Assembly (NCBI GenBank): GCA_018238545.1
Contig: JABCTC010000008.1
Coordinates: 14,264 to 78,263, forward strand
From: Candidatus Heimdallarchaeota archaeon
Lineage (GTDB): Archaea; Asgardarchaeota; Heimdallarchaeia; Heimdallarchaeales; Heimdallarchaeaceae
DNA: 64,000 nucleotides
Direction: 5' to 3'
Shown here piece by piece: positions 49,443-60,600 of the stretch; within the stretch, counting starts at the first letter, position 1; every line of letters begins with the position of its first letter. The position numbers and the translations under genes were made by a program. Below the pieces are notes generated by a model that was given only the letters and a program-made list of their open reading frames with translations, had not been told where the DNA came from and did no database searches.

Positions 49443-50342
49443 TTACAATTTAAGCTGATCTTCTTGTATTTGCACTGGCTCATTTGCTAATTTTGCCTTC
49501 TTATGAATGTCAATTTTGTTGACATAGTAGACTATTCCTTTAACTTCTGAAAGAGCGCCAATTATGACGTTTTTACCTTTAACATCCTGTTCAACGACTG
49601 TGTTGCTAATGTCTACTTCATCAATCGCAAAAACTGTGCCTTCAATACTAGATCTCTTTATTCTTCTAAGTTTGTGACCAAGGACATTCTTGTTTATGAA
49701 AACATCTGCTCCAACCAAGTTACCCTCAACAACCATTTTACCGTTTGCTTCAACAGTTCCCTGAGATAGTAAATTCCCTTTTGTTACAGACGATCCTGAA
49801 AAAGATACCCCTTGATCTGCTTGTAAATTGTCTCCACATTTGAAACTTCCTGATCCCTTTATTTTCCCTTCAACTATTACTTCACCACCAACCTTAGCAG
49901 AACCTGAAAATTTCACGTTTCCTCCTGCTTGAAGGAACCCAGCACAGGAAAATGACCCTGAGCACTTAACATCCTCATGAGCTGTAATACTGCCTCCACT
50001 TCTCAGGGATCCTGCAGCTTTTAGACTCTTGCAAACCAAGTCATTCTCGATTTTAGCAGATCCAGCAAATTTAATGTCTTTAGGAATATCTCCGCCACTT
50101 ATTTTGGCAGAACCCGCAGTTGAAAGAACTGTATCAGAACTGAGCTGAGCTCCAGACACTTTAATGTGTGGAACGGAACCATTTCTTCTTGCTTCAAGTT
50201 TAGATTGTTCTAATTTTCCTTGATATCTTTCTTTTAGTTCAGAGTAATTTCCTTTATCAATCTCTCCACTTTCAAATTTTTTCTCGAGTAACTCGAGCAA
50301 TTCTTCATACATTTTAACTTCATTATCGGACATATTTATCAC
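49443..50342 (-). CDS. Bactofilin-like beta-helical polymer-forming protein with an N-terminal SHOCT-like helix
   Basis: Repeated KISG/KFAGSAKI/VKCSGSF/VKFSGSAKVGG/IKGSGSFKCGD units typical of bactofilin (DUF583). N-terminal YEELLELLEKKFESGEIDKGNYSELKERY resembles SHOCT. Confidence 0.6.
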   Translation of the reverse strand: MINMSDNEVKMYEELLELLEKKFESGEIDKGNYSELKERYQGKLEQSKLEARRNGSVPHIKVSGAQLSSDTVLSTAGSAKISGGDIPKDIKFAGSAKIENDLVCKSLKAAGSLRSGGSITAHEDVKCSGSFSCAGFLQAGGNVKFSGSAKVGGEVIVEGKIKGSGSFKCGDNLQADQGVSFSGSSVTKGNLLSQGTVEANGKMVVEGNLVGADVFINKNVLGHKLRRIKRSSIEGTVFAIDEVDISNTVVEQDVKGKNVIIGALSEVKGIVYYVNKIDIHKKAKLANEPVQIQEDQLKL

Positions 50343-50497
50343 TATGATAAAGATGCTAGGGCTTTATTTAATACTTTTTTTAATTCTCCAGAGTAATCAC
50401 TTAATCCTCTGGTTAAACGCTTATAATAGGAAAGTGTAAGGGTTAAACCATTTGGTTAAAGGATAGTCTATTAAAACAGACAATAATAAAATAGAGT

Positions 50498-50628
50498 TGG
50501 TGCGGGGAGGGAGATTCGAACTCCCGAACTACTAAAGAACGGATGACTTTTCTTTTTTCTAACCCTTATTTTTTGGCTTTAAACCAAGATCTTAAGTCCG
50601 CCGCCGTTGGCCACTTGGCTATCCCCAC
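50498..50628 (-). tRNA. tRNA-Leu (anticodon UAA) with a roughly 46-nt intron (about 50545..50590) in the anticodon loop, and encoded CCA
   Basis: The exons are identical to the tRNA-Leu(CAA) at 17907..17991 except for the anticodon arm and variable arm. A 46-nt insert follows anticodon-loop position 37/38. Confidence 0.8.
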
Positions 50629-50914
50629 ATTCTTCTGTGTTTTTATGCGGCTATTATAGAAACTATCCTTTGTTTTTTAAAACTTTTCATTTTGATTTTA
50701 TTGTTTGTTTTTATTATGGATGTAATCCTATAGGATCTCCTATTAAAAATAGCACTAACTCAACTGGTCATGTCATAGTTTGGGTGAAATGGACGCAGAA
50801 GGCGATTTCTTGGTTCTCTTAAACCTAAATATCTATTTCTTCAAACACTCTTAATGTTTCATTAACTTTTTGTGGTGTATAAATAAGAAAAGCTTCAGTA
50901 AATAACGATTTAGT

Positions 50915-52006
50915 ATGGTGGGGGGGAGAAGATTTTTAGCTATTGTTATGTTAGCGTGCATCTTATTACAAACTACTTCTTCTCCTAGAGCCATTTTACC
51001 ATATGGTGATTTATTTTATTCCAATTTTCTGGTTGTAGGAAAAGAGCTAGAGTGGAAAGTTAGTGTTCTTGATTGGTCAGGAAACGAATCAATTTATTCT
51101 AAAGCCTATATTGACGATACTAACCTTTCTCAAGGAGATAACGTGAAACTATCGGTAACTCATGATCCTAATATTTTCCTCAATAATTTAATGACTGAAA
51201 GTGAATGGTTAAACATCTCCTTAAACGGACAAGAAAAGCGCTTTTATGCTTCTGATGTTCATCTTGGAGCTCATACTTGGATTTATGGGAATTTTTTCAT
51301 TTCTCCAGTTATTGACAGAATAGAAGATAATTTTACACTATTATTTGAAAAATATTATGCCCACGTAAAATCTACAGAGTACAATAACACTGAATATTAC
51401 ACAGATATAGGTGAGACGTATTCTATTGCCTTGATTAATACAGAGTATTTGCTCTTTAATATTTCAGATGTTCTTTTCAAGGAAACCTTCTATTATTGCG
51501 AATATTTTAATGCTGTTGATAATTGCTATGAAAATGAAGAAGAAAGCCTCTTCAAGCTATACAGCGTTTTTTATGAATCTGTGATAGATATTGAAAGAGG
51601 GACATTATTTTCTTATAAATGTTATATTAATTCTGTATGCAACTATACTTCTGAACTAATAGAGAACGAATATGCTGAAGACCACTATTACTTATTGATA
51701 GAAAACAAAGATAAAACTACAGGCTACGCTAATGATTTAACTTCAACTAGTACAACAGTGTCTTATGAAACTATTTTTGGCATAAATGTCAACCATATCG
51801 TTATTGGAATGGCGATATTCACTGCCTTATTTGCCACTGTGGAATGGTTCTATGCGCAGAAAAAAGAGAAGAAAATCAAACAAGTTGAAAAACGACAAAT
51901 AGCTGGATTCGCAGAAAAGATTAAGAGAGCTATGCAGCCACAAGAGAAAAAGGACAAAGAAAAATCTTCACTCACAAAGTCTACTACATCTAACTTGTCA
52001 AAATGA
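50915..52006 (+). CDS. Secreted surface protein with a C-terminal TM anchor and a Lys-rich cytoplasmic tail
   Basis: Signal peptide. Many NxS/T sequons. TM helix IVIGMAIFTALFATVEWFY followed by a KKEKK-rich tail. Confidence 0.5.
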   Translation: MVGGRRFLAIVMLACILLQTTSSPRAILPYGDLFYSNFLVVGKELEWKVSVLDWSGNESIYSKAYIDDTNLSQGDNVKLSVTHDPNIFLNNLMTESEWLNISLNGQEKRFYASDVHLGAHTWIYGNFFISPVIDRIEDNFTLLFEKYYAHVKSTEYNNTEYYTDIGETYSIALINTEYLLFNISDVLFKETFYYCEYFNAVDNCYENEEESLFKLYSVFYESVIDIERGTLFSYKCYINSVCNYTSELIENEYAEDHYYLLIENKDKTTGYANDLTSTSTTVSYETIFGINVNHIVIGMAIFTALFATVEWFYAQKKEKKIKQVEKRQIAGFAEKIKRAMQPQEKKDKEKSSLTKSTTSNLSK

Positions 52007-53255
52007 TTACACTAGCAATACTTACACATGCTCGGTAAAGGCCAAAGAAAGCAAGTGGAAGAAGTATCTTTATTATTGTGAGAACATTTTTTCTATCCTT
52101 CTCCCTATCTGTCTTTTTGAAGATTATAACATATAGCTTGTTTAATGAAACAAGTGAACTGAAAGTTGTACAGATGAGAAAAATAGTTGATAGAGTTTGT
52201 AATAATATATTTAATGTTTCATATATTGAATGCACTGAGAGGATTTCTGAATTTAATACTAGCATGAAATATTGAGGCGAATATTCATAGAGGGTATTAA
52301 CAAGTAATAACATTAAAATTCTCATTGCAAAAACCATAGTAAGGATAAGGATTGTTTTACTAATAACAACCAGAGACGGATTTTTTTCTTTGTTTAATTC
52401 AGTATTAATTATGTCTGTACCTCCAATTATTTTGCGAAAGTAATAATTCACTGAACCAGTTGTTTTTACGTTAGAATTCCTAGATATTTTCCTATGTTTA
52501 CCTAGTGCTAAAAGAAAAAGATGACGTGATAACCCAATTATTACGACAAGAAATCCTCCCATCGAGAAAAAATCAAGAAAATCATAAAAATATCCCCAAT
52601 TGTGATCAATGAGCTGAGGATAGTAGAAATAAGGGTGGAAAGAGGTGTATACAAATAGCACAATTGAGATAATTAATGCAATAACTGTTTTTATTATCAT
52701 CTCCTTATGTGTAGGTAATTTAGCTAATGGGTTCTTAGTCACATGATTTGCCGTTTTTCCTTTTTTGACCATTAGTGTTCCTCCCAGTATGTTGAACACG
52801 ATTAGTCCTGCAATAACTCCAAATATTAACCACCAGTTAATTTTGGTTGGTTCTGAAGACAAATATTCAAATGATTCAGTAAACTCTTTACTATTTATTT
52901 GGTCATAAAAACGAATGTTAAGAATATTCAACTTGTAGAGATAGTCTTCTGGTAATTTAACAATCAATATGCTATATATTGAAAGCAATTCTGTTCCAAA
53001 TCTTATTCTACAATTCTCCGTTATTTCTATGTCATTAAGAAAGACGCTGAAGCCTATTGGACGAGGAAGGTTCATTAAAGTGACGTGAATCTCTTTATTT
53101 TGTTCCATTATCTGTATTTTTGTTATTTCTATATCCTTTGCAGAGCTTGCGCCTTCAACAGTGCTACAAAGAAGAACCATTGTGATTAGAAAGAGCACGA
53201 TAAATCTAGTTTTCTTCATTAGTGATATAACGAAAACATCCCATAAATACACCAC
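51990..53255 (-). CDS. Multi-pass membrane protein with an N-terminal signal peptide and a small ectodomain
   Basis: Signal peptide, about 120-aa ectodomain, then at least 7 hydrophobic helices. Confidence 0.45.
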   Translation of the reverse strand: MVYLWDVFVISLMKKTRFIVLFLITMVLLCSTVEGASSAKDIEITKIQIMEQNKEIHVTLMNLPRPIGFSVFLNDIEITENCRIRFGTELLSIYSILIVKLPEDYLYKLNILNIRFYDQINSKEFTESFEYLSSEPTKINWWLIFGVIAGLIVFNILGGTLMVKKGKTANHVTKNPLAKLPTHKEMIIKTVIALIISIVLFVYTSFHPYFYYPQLIDHNWGYFYDFLDFFSMGGFLVVIIGLSRHLFLLALGKHRKISRNSNVKTTGSVNYYFRKIIGGTDIINTELNKEKNPSLVVISKTILILTMVFAMRILMLLLVNTLYEYSPQYFMLVLNSEILSVHSIYETLNILLQTLSTIFLICTTFSSLVSLNKLYVIIFKKTDREKDRKNVLTIIKILLPLAFFGLYRACVSIASVIILTS

Positions 53256-53443
53256 AGAAAATTAGTTCTTAATGTATCATAGATAAAAAACAAGAAAAAT
53301 AAAGAAATTTAACATTATGGGTGCAATCTCGTAGGATCTCTTGGTAGTAATCGCACTTCTCTAATATTTGGTAAATCAAGTATTTTTTGGACAAATCTTT
53401 CTATTCCAGTTCCACTGCCTTCGTATGGTATTCACAGATTTCT

Positions 53444-53821
53444 TCAAATCCAGTCCTTTCTCCAGTCATCATAGTTATCAGGAAGTTTTTCTGACTCATC
53501 AAGAGTATTATTGTTGAGTTTTTTTCTATAATAAGTTTCATTATTCTTAAAAATATCATACCAAGCTGAATTAATCAGTTCATTTATGAAAGGGATAAAT
53601 ACTAGGTTTAGTAGTACTAATAGTATTGTTAGAATACTTAGAACCAGGACTATCACAGGTGATTCAATTACAATGATAGTAATTAGGACAGTAATTAAAA
53701 TAACACTATAAATTATCTGCCAATTAGAACGTCTTTTATCCTGTTCTAATAGGATTTCTTTACTATTTTTTTTCTCTTGTTTTTTTATACTTTCAAGATT
53801 GAATATTTTCATTTTAATCAA
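53444..53821 (-). CDS. Small two-TM membrane protein
   Basis: Hydrophobic segments IIYSVILITVLITIIVI and VLVLSILTILLVLLNLVFIPFI. Confidence 0.35.
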   Translation of the reverse strand: MIKMKIFNLESIKKQEKKNSKEILLEQDKRRSNWQIIYSVILITVLITIIVIESPVIVLVLSILTILLVLLNLVFIPFINELINSAWYDIFKNNETYYRKKLNNNTLDESEKLPDNYDDWRKDWI

Positions 53822-54241
53822 TTCTTACATATAATATTAACATGTATATCCTCATAATTCAATATAAAAGGACATCCTTACATTTTATTAGTTTTTTTCA
53901 AATGAGAAAACCTAATGATGTTTTTGATTTCAAATGCTACCCTCAAATTTTAGCCACTTTCTTATTATCATTTAAATATGGAAGTAAAAATTGCATAGAA
54001 GTGTAAAAAAAGGTAGTATTTGAGAAATATTAGAAACAAACTTTTGTAAGTGAAGAAAACCTATCTTCTTCATATAGTATGAGCATTTACTTTTTCAATC
54101 TTCTTTGCTTGAATCTTTAATTTCAGTAACAAAACGTTCATCCATAAAAAACTAATAACTAAACTAAGCATGCTGTTTAAAATAGTGTGAAAATATTAAA
54201 TGAATAGATAGAAATAATGAACAGAATAAACTGTAAATCTA

Positions 54242-56020
54242 GTGATGTGTTATAATATGACCAGTTTCAATGGTAAAACTTCCAAAGAAATAGAAAGCAA
54301 ATTTCAAGAATTGAAAATGAAAGTGTGGAATTATATACTAAAGGATGATCATGAGAATATACCTCAATCTTTGTTCCAACATTTAGAGGATGAATTCAAT
54401 AGAATAGAAACTACATATGATATAAGAGATGACAAACTTAATCTTTTTCATGTAAAACATAACTATTTACTAACAAAATTTTACGAATTCTTTAATAAAG
54501 ATCAAACAATTTCAATGGAATTGTTAATTGATGCTCTCTCTTTCTTACTTGAAAGACACTTGTTAAGAAAGTATCAACCTCAAACATTTGAGAAAATGTT
54601 ACTTCCATACTTTGTTGCTATTGGAAAAATAAAACCACAAGCTGAAAAAATACATTGGAATCAAATTGAAGGCAAATTTCTGAAATTTCTAGACAAGTAT
54701 ACTAAACAACTAAACTTCGCTTCGAAGAATCTTGGAGGAATATTTGACAATCTTACAAGATTGTTCTTCGAGGGCTTCTACGAAAAACGAGTTTCCACAT
54801 TTAGTACTAGAGGAGAATATCTTGATGCAAATGAGATTAGTAGTAGAGTTAATACCATTCTATCTAATCTTATGGATGTTCATAGTAGTCGTGAAACAAA
54901 TACAATTTCCTACGGATGGGAGATATTATACAAAATAAAGAAAAGGCAATTGCATTATTTAGTTAGATTCAACTATTTTGAGGAAACCACAGAGAAAAGA
55001 CAATCTGTAAAGAAAGAAATAGAGATTATAACTGACGATATGTGTCGATATTCAAGCTATTCACTAAAAGCTTTTGAAAAATACTATAAAAACAGAATTT
55101 CTAATGATGAAGGAAAAGAAGAAGATTTCTTATACAAAAAAACACTAAAAGAACTTGATACCTTTACTGCTTCCTATTTCTTGTATGCTTACTCAAAATT
55201 AGATATACTCAAAGCTTGGAATGTTTTGGATAAGATAAAAACTTATTTAGTTGGAAAAGCATTTAAAGAAAATGTTCCACTTTCTGATACGCTTCTAGAA
55301 TATTACGGTGAAGAATGGTCAGTACTCTACATTTTTGCAAAAATCAGTCTTTTAAGAGAAGAAATAATGAAGAGAGAAAAATCTGTAAAACAAGAATGGC
55401 AAAAAGAGATGTTTAAGAGAATTTCTTTAGTACTAGAAGAGGAAAAAAAACTATTCAAGTATGAATTAACATTGAAAAGGGATTATAACCTTAAGATTAT
55501 GACATCACAATTCGCAGGGGGTTTTTCAGAATACCTTATACATGATTTAGCTCAAAAATTCTATGATTTCGGTCCACTTGATGAACAGAAACAATCTGCT
55601 TTTTTTGACTTATTTCACTGCATAAAAACTATGTCTACTAAAGATGACATAGTTTTGAATAAAAGATTATCTCAAAATGATCCCGATATTGATATTTATA
55701 TGAAAAACAAAGGTGCATTGTTTTTAAAAAATTCCACAATTGAAGCAGATGAGATGAAACAATTGTGGAAGGAGTTAACGTTATGTAACAATAAGAATAT
55801 TAAGAATGTTTATTTTGGGATAAATTTTGTTAAAAACATCCATAAAATTGAATATATTCGAGTAAATTTCAAAAAAATGACAAAAGAGTATTCTGAGATG
55901 TATATTTCAGTTTTTGACATAAAAGATTTGGTTGAGGCACTATTTCAGGAGCTTGAAAGAAGTAAAATGCCAAAAACGACCTTTCAGAAGATGGATTTTT
56001 ATAGAATTTTAGATTATTAA
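54242..56020 (+). CDS. Large all-alpha cytoplasmic protein of unknown function
   Basis: 592 aa. No recognisable motif. K/E/Y/F-rich. Confidence 0.45.
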   Translation: MMCYNMTSFNGKTSKEIESKFQELKMKVWNYILKDDHENIPQSLFQHLEDEFNRIETTYDIRDDKLNLFHVKHNYLLTKFYEFFNKDQTISMELLIDALSFLLERHLLRKYQPQTFEKMLLPYFVAIGKIKPQAEKIHWNQIEGKFLKFLDKYTKQLNFASKNLGGIFDNLTRLFFEGFYEKRVSTFSTRGEYLDANEISSRVNTILSNLMDVHSSRETNTISYGWEILYKIKKRQLHYLVRFNYFEETTEKRQSVKKEIEIITDDMCRYSSYSLKAFEKYYKNRISNDEGKEEDFLYKKTLKELDTFTASYFLYAYSKLDILKAWNVLDKIKTYLVGKAFKENVPLSDTLLEYYGEEWSVLYIFAKISLLREEIMKREKSVKQEWQKEMFKRISLVLEEEKKLFKYELTLKRDYNLKIMTSQFAGGFSEYLIHDLAQKFYDFGPLDEQKQSAFFDLFHCIKTMSTKDDIVLNKRLSQNDPDIDIYMKNKGALFLKNSTIEADEMKQLWKELTLCNNKNIKNVYFGINFVKNIHKIEYIRVNFKKMTKEYSEMYISVFDIKDLVEALFQELERSKMPKTTFQKMDFYRILDY

Positions 56021-56286
56021 CAACAGTAAATTGGAAAAAATGAACTATAAACGGTTTTTTTGGGTAAGTATCGGATTTTTTAAAATTAAAAGCTTCCTTC
56101 AAATAGTTAACAATTATTTGATATTATGTACAAGATTAAGAAGTATTTTGTAACTTGTCATGCTAAAAGAAAAGATATATTTTTTCCTGAAAGTAATCCG
56201 ATAAAGTTTCTTCTTCCGCTTCTTCAGCAAAAAAGTCCACTTAAATTGTTCCTTGATTTACAATAAATAAGAAATTTATCGTTTTG

Positions 56287-56631
56287 CTAGCTACAAGCCA
56301 ACATCTGATCTATTTCCTTTTGTTTGAACAAGATAATTTTGAAAGAACAGTGCTTGTTAATGTGTTCAACCATTTCTGAAGCAGTAGAACTAAATCTGTT
56401 TGCAATTATTATAGCGCCATCACATTGTAAATCCCCTATTCTTTCCTCAGTTTTGATAATAGTATTTGTCCCTACCTTTTTCTTCCAATCAAAGATAAAA
56501 ACGGCATACCTTTGGGTTTTATCACTGACTATGAAGGGTTTAATCACATCTATTTCATCACATAATTGGTCAACCTTACCATAACGATGCAAGAAAACCC
56601 ACACTTTCGTTTCCATCTTTCCAGCAATCAT
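56287..56631 (-). CDS. Small protein of unknown function, possibly a restriction-endonuclease-like (PD-(D/E)xK-like) fold
   Basis: 114 aa. VFIFDWKKK...IIKTEER could be a degenerate D...ExK-like core. Very tentative. Confidence 0.25.
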   Translation of the reverse strand: MIAGKMETKVWVFLHRYGKVDQLCDEIDVIKPFIVSDKTQRYAVFIFDWKKKVGTNTIIKTEERIGDLQCDGAIIIANRFSSTASEMVEHINKHCSFKIILFKQKEIDQMLACS

Positions 56632-56746
56632 TTTCTCAAAGTAATACTTAGTAAGCTAGATATTAGTACCTACGTAGTTATACATGTCAATGTATATCTA
56701 TTAGTAAGGACTAAGAGCTAGTGAAAATATCAAGAAGGAGAAGATT

Positions 56747-57421
56747 ATGTCAAAAAAATTAAGTAATATATTGGCTTTTAGTCTGTTTTTCTTTGTACTT
56801 CTATTTCCAAATAGTTTAATTACTGGAAGTACACCCACAATTGCTTCCAGAATCTCTCAGATCACAGAAATTTCTGTAACTACGGATAATAGTTATGATA
56901 AACCTAATACTACACTTTTTAGAATCAATGTTTCCGTAGAAATTTTAAACAGGAACACTGAAAATTATACGGTTATAGAAACGGCAGATCATTATCCGAA
57001 AATTGTTATCAATGCTTCATTTGTAAATCAAACGTTAGGATTAGAGCCTATTATAATAAGTTTAAATATGGGAACTGAGTATATTTATCAACCAGCGATT
57101 ACAGAGGAATATGAAAGCATCAAATTTTATATTAATCAGACCAATTTAGCTTGTCTCCCGGATGGTAATTATACTATTATTAGACCAATCAACACAGCAT
57201 CTAAATATGGGGGGATTGAAGCTGCAGAGATGTTACCAACTTTAATCCGAGTTACTTCAGGTATTACAAACATTACATATGCCAATTTTACAGACCTACC
57301 CCTTCCTGAAGTAAGTTCAGCATTCACAGCTACTCTTACAACTACTTTCTTACTACTAATTTCATTCTTTGTAATGACAAGGAAAAACTCAACCAAGTTG
57401 AAAAAAGCAGGTTTATTTTAG
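56747..57421 (+). CDS. Secreted surface protein with a C-terminal TM anchor
   Basis: Signal peptide. NxS/T sequons (NVS, NYT, NAS, NQT, NIT, NFT). C-terminal TM plus RKNSTKLKK. Confidence 0.5.
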   Translation: MSKKLSNILAFSLFFFVLLFPNSLITGSTPTIASRISQITEISVTTDNSYDKPNTTLFRINVSVEILNRNTENYTVIETADHYPKIVINASFVNQTLGLEPIIISLNMGTEYIYQPAITEEYESIKFYINQTNLACLPDGNYTIIRPINTASKYGGIEAAEMLPTLIRVTSGITNITYANFTDLPLPEVSSAFTATLTTTFLLLISFFVMTRKNSTKLKKAGLF

Positions 57422-57693
57422 TAGATTATGCTTTGTTATGATGCTCTAATCTTTTTTAGTCTTTCTTCATAATGTGAAAAGCACTCTTGCAGGAATCTTA
57501 TTTGCAGTTTTGCGCTCTTCTTTTGTTACAGGAATTTATTATTGTGTTTTATATTTCGTATTGTGATGAGAGAACAGACATCAATGAATACTTAGATTTT
57601 TCTTTCTCCTTATCTTTCTACTGATCTCTTTAGGTTTTGGGAAGATTCTTTTACCTCCTTTATAAATGAAATTGATTATGATTAAGATAGACA

Positions 57694-60600
57694 ATGAAAA
57701 AAGTGAAATTGAAAGTAATATTAATACTGCTCTCTATTAACCTAGTTCTTGTAAACTTGACGGTTTCAAGTTCTGACTATAGTAATAGTGAACAATTCGA
57801 ACAAGTTTCATCTTTGCTACCAGAAGACATTGTTTTTACTTACAATTCTTCCTTTTGCAGTCAGGAATTTTCTTTTGAAACTTCTATTCAACTGGACAGT
57901 TTTAATAGTTTTATCTTGTTTTTTGCTACTTCTGGAGACAAAACTACTAGCGAGGGCATAAAAGTCACTTTGAGTTTAGAAAAAGTGGAAGTTGTGTTTA
58001 ACATTGAAAGATTGTTTCAAGACACTTTTAATCACAACCTTACCCAAGCATTTTCCTATCCTGAGTTTGTTAATGGTAAAATGAATATTACTATAACCTG
58101 TGAAGCTCAAACTTCTTCTTCGTATTACTCTGGTTCTTTGAGAATCTTTAGCCAGACAAAAACGGAAAAAATTATTCCACCAACAATCACTGAAAGCTCT
58201 TCCCCTCTTCCCGTTGTTCCTAATTGGCTAGAATTTAAGGGGAGTATATCAACACCTGAAATAAGAAGTATTAGAACTGCTTTTAACAATTCCAATAATT
58301 TTGAAAAACTGAATCTTACCATTTCATTTAGAGCTAGTGATTTTTCAGCTTACTTACGGCAGTTTGAAGTGAAATTAAATGAAAATGTAATAAGTACAAA
58401 AGATTTTAAGAACAATCAACTAACGGAAGAAAAATTTTTCTTCTCCATAGATCCAGGATTAAATTTCTTGACAATAAATTTTATTGTGGAATTGTGTATG
58501 GATACAATTCAATTAACCAATATCTGTTTAATTGGAAATGGGATGAATGTTGAAAATATTCTCCCTGCAAACACTTACGATTGGTTGGCATGGGAAAATA
58601 ATGACGTTAATTATGTTTTTGATTTATCCTCTTTCAAACCTGTGTCAATCGGTTTAGAGCAAATTCTACAAATTGGTATTAAATATGGTTGTTTTGGAAC
58701 AGATAGACCTCCTGAGTTATATTATGAAGTTAAGTTAGGTATGAATGTAATAGATTCTGGTGAAATCTCTGAATCTGAACAAATTAGCTCTCCTCAAACT
58801 CTTCTTGTTCATACACCAGTTACCAACTATAATGACCCTTTAACTTTTAGAATTCAAGGGAGGGCAGAGGGATATGGAATTTTTTACATTCTCAACACAA
58901 GCTATGTCACTATCGAACCTTTACCAGAACTAAACGAACAAAACCCTTTGGAAAGAGAATTAGTTGAAATGGAAGTACACCTTACACCACTCTCTGAACC
59001 CCTTATCCTTATTTTTAGAGATTTTTTCAAAGTTAATTTTAGTTATTTGAAATGTAATATCTCTCTTTCTTTTTCTCTGACTGATGAGTTTGGTTCTTCT
59101 ATTAGGCAAATAAATCTTTTAATGAAACTTAATTGGCAAACAGTTATTGACCACCCAATAGCTTATGAGGATCAGATAAATGTCACGGAGTCAGAAATAT
59201 TATACAATAAAATGTATGCTGCCACTATCACCTTGTCTATTTATGGTGATGGACACACTATAACCTTAAGTAACTTAAAATATGTTCTTTTTCCTTCCAA
59301 TTCAAACAATATAACAATCCCTGTTCCTCCCACACCTCCAGCAGAAAGTAATAGTGACAAAGAACCAATTCATCCATCTAAATTATCTTTACTTTTCATT
59401 GAATATGGTATCATCATCCTTGGATTAACTCTTTTAATAACCCGAATTCTTTCTAATAGAGAGAAGAAACAAGAGAACACTGATGGAGAAACTCAAGTAG
59501 ATGACATAGAAATCCAAGTTGTTGGTAACAATACACAGCATGGACACTTATCCAAATTGCTGCAATCGACTAAAGATTGGTACCTAAAAGCAAAAGAATC
59601 TTTATCGCGAATCTTATTACTCCCATTAACGGTTGTTCATGTTATCGCTAATATAATCTGCCTTAGTCCAATTATTGACCAACTTAATGAAATTGCTTAT
59701 AGGGAGAGCCAAGAAGTTAAGCTTGTTGTACTGGGGACAGTAGGATTTTATTGTCTCATGGTCAGTGTTTATTCCTCAACTTTTGTGGCATTTTCTGTAT
59801 TCTATCTTGCTTTTAGTGATACTTTTTATGAGGATCTGTTTCAATTTACCAAAATTCTTGGTTATTTCGTTCTCATCCTCTTTTTTTCGTCTTGGATAAC
59901 TCTATTCATTTATATCCAACAAAATAGCCCAAATCTTGGAATGCTTGGTACACTCATTGTTCCGTTCATATTCTTAGGGGTAATTATTTTTCTTGTTTGG
60001 TTGGGTAAAACAAAAGAAAAACAATTTGAGAGATTAGTAAAAAACTTCTTTAAAACAGGACGAATAAAGGTAAACAACATTAGAAGTAATGATAACGAAG
60101 CAGACTCAATGATTGAAGAAGAATCTTTATCTAACACGCAATACGATACCCACTTTCAGAAGATTGTCAATCTTATTATTCAAGACATTTCTATAAAACT
60201 TCAAGTTCCTGTAAATCGTTTTACTGAACTTCTGAGCATTTCGCCAAGATTAGCACACAGATTGTTAATAGACGTGTCCAATAAAATCCCAAAATTAGGG
60301 AAATATTATATTACAGAGCAGATTTATATCCGCAGTGCTGATAGTGAGATAGGGGTCGATACACTAGAAGATAGGACAGAGGAAAAAGAAGGGGAATTAA
60401 TATCGAAATATGATAAGAATAGTGTGAATAGTGAAAAAACTGCAAATAACCATGATGATATGGAAAATCAAAATAATGAAAAAACATCCAAGAAATTCAA
60501 GGATTATTGTGATTTAGATTCTAAAATAAAAAATGAAACTATCAAACAAATAGAAGAGTATTCTATTTATAAGGATTATAATGATGGTAAAATTCTTAAT

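Noticed and set aside
56021-56286. 9-bp inverted repeat (tatcggatt / aatccgata) about 150 nt apart in the intergenic region.
   Set aside because: It is short and widely spaced, and could occur by chance at this AT content.
57578-57645. Possible C/D-box sRNA (GTGATGA ... CTGA) upstream of the giant ORF.
   Set aside because: The spacing between the boxes is about 65 nt. There are no convincing internal D'/C' boxes or terminal stem. It is probably a chance match in AT-rich DNA.
59980-60010. GKT in LVWLGKTKEK of the giant protein as a Walker A P-loop.
   Set aside because: The preceding residues do not fit GxxxxGK[ST]. It sits at the end of a TM helix.
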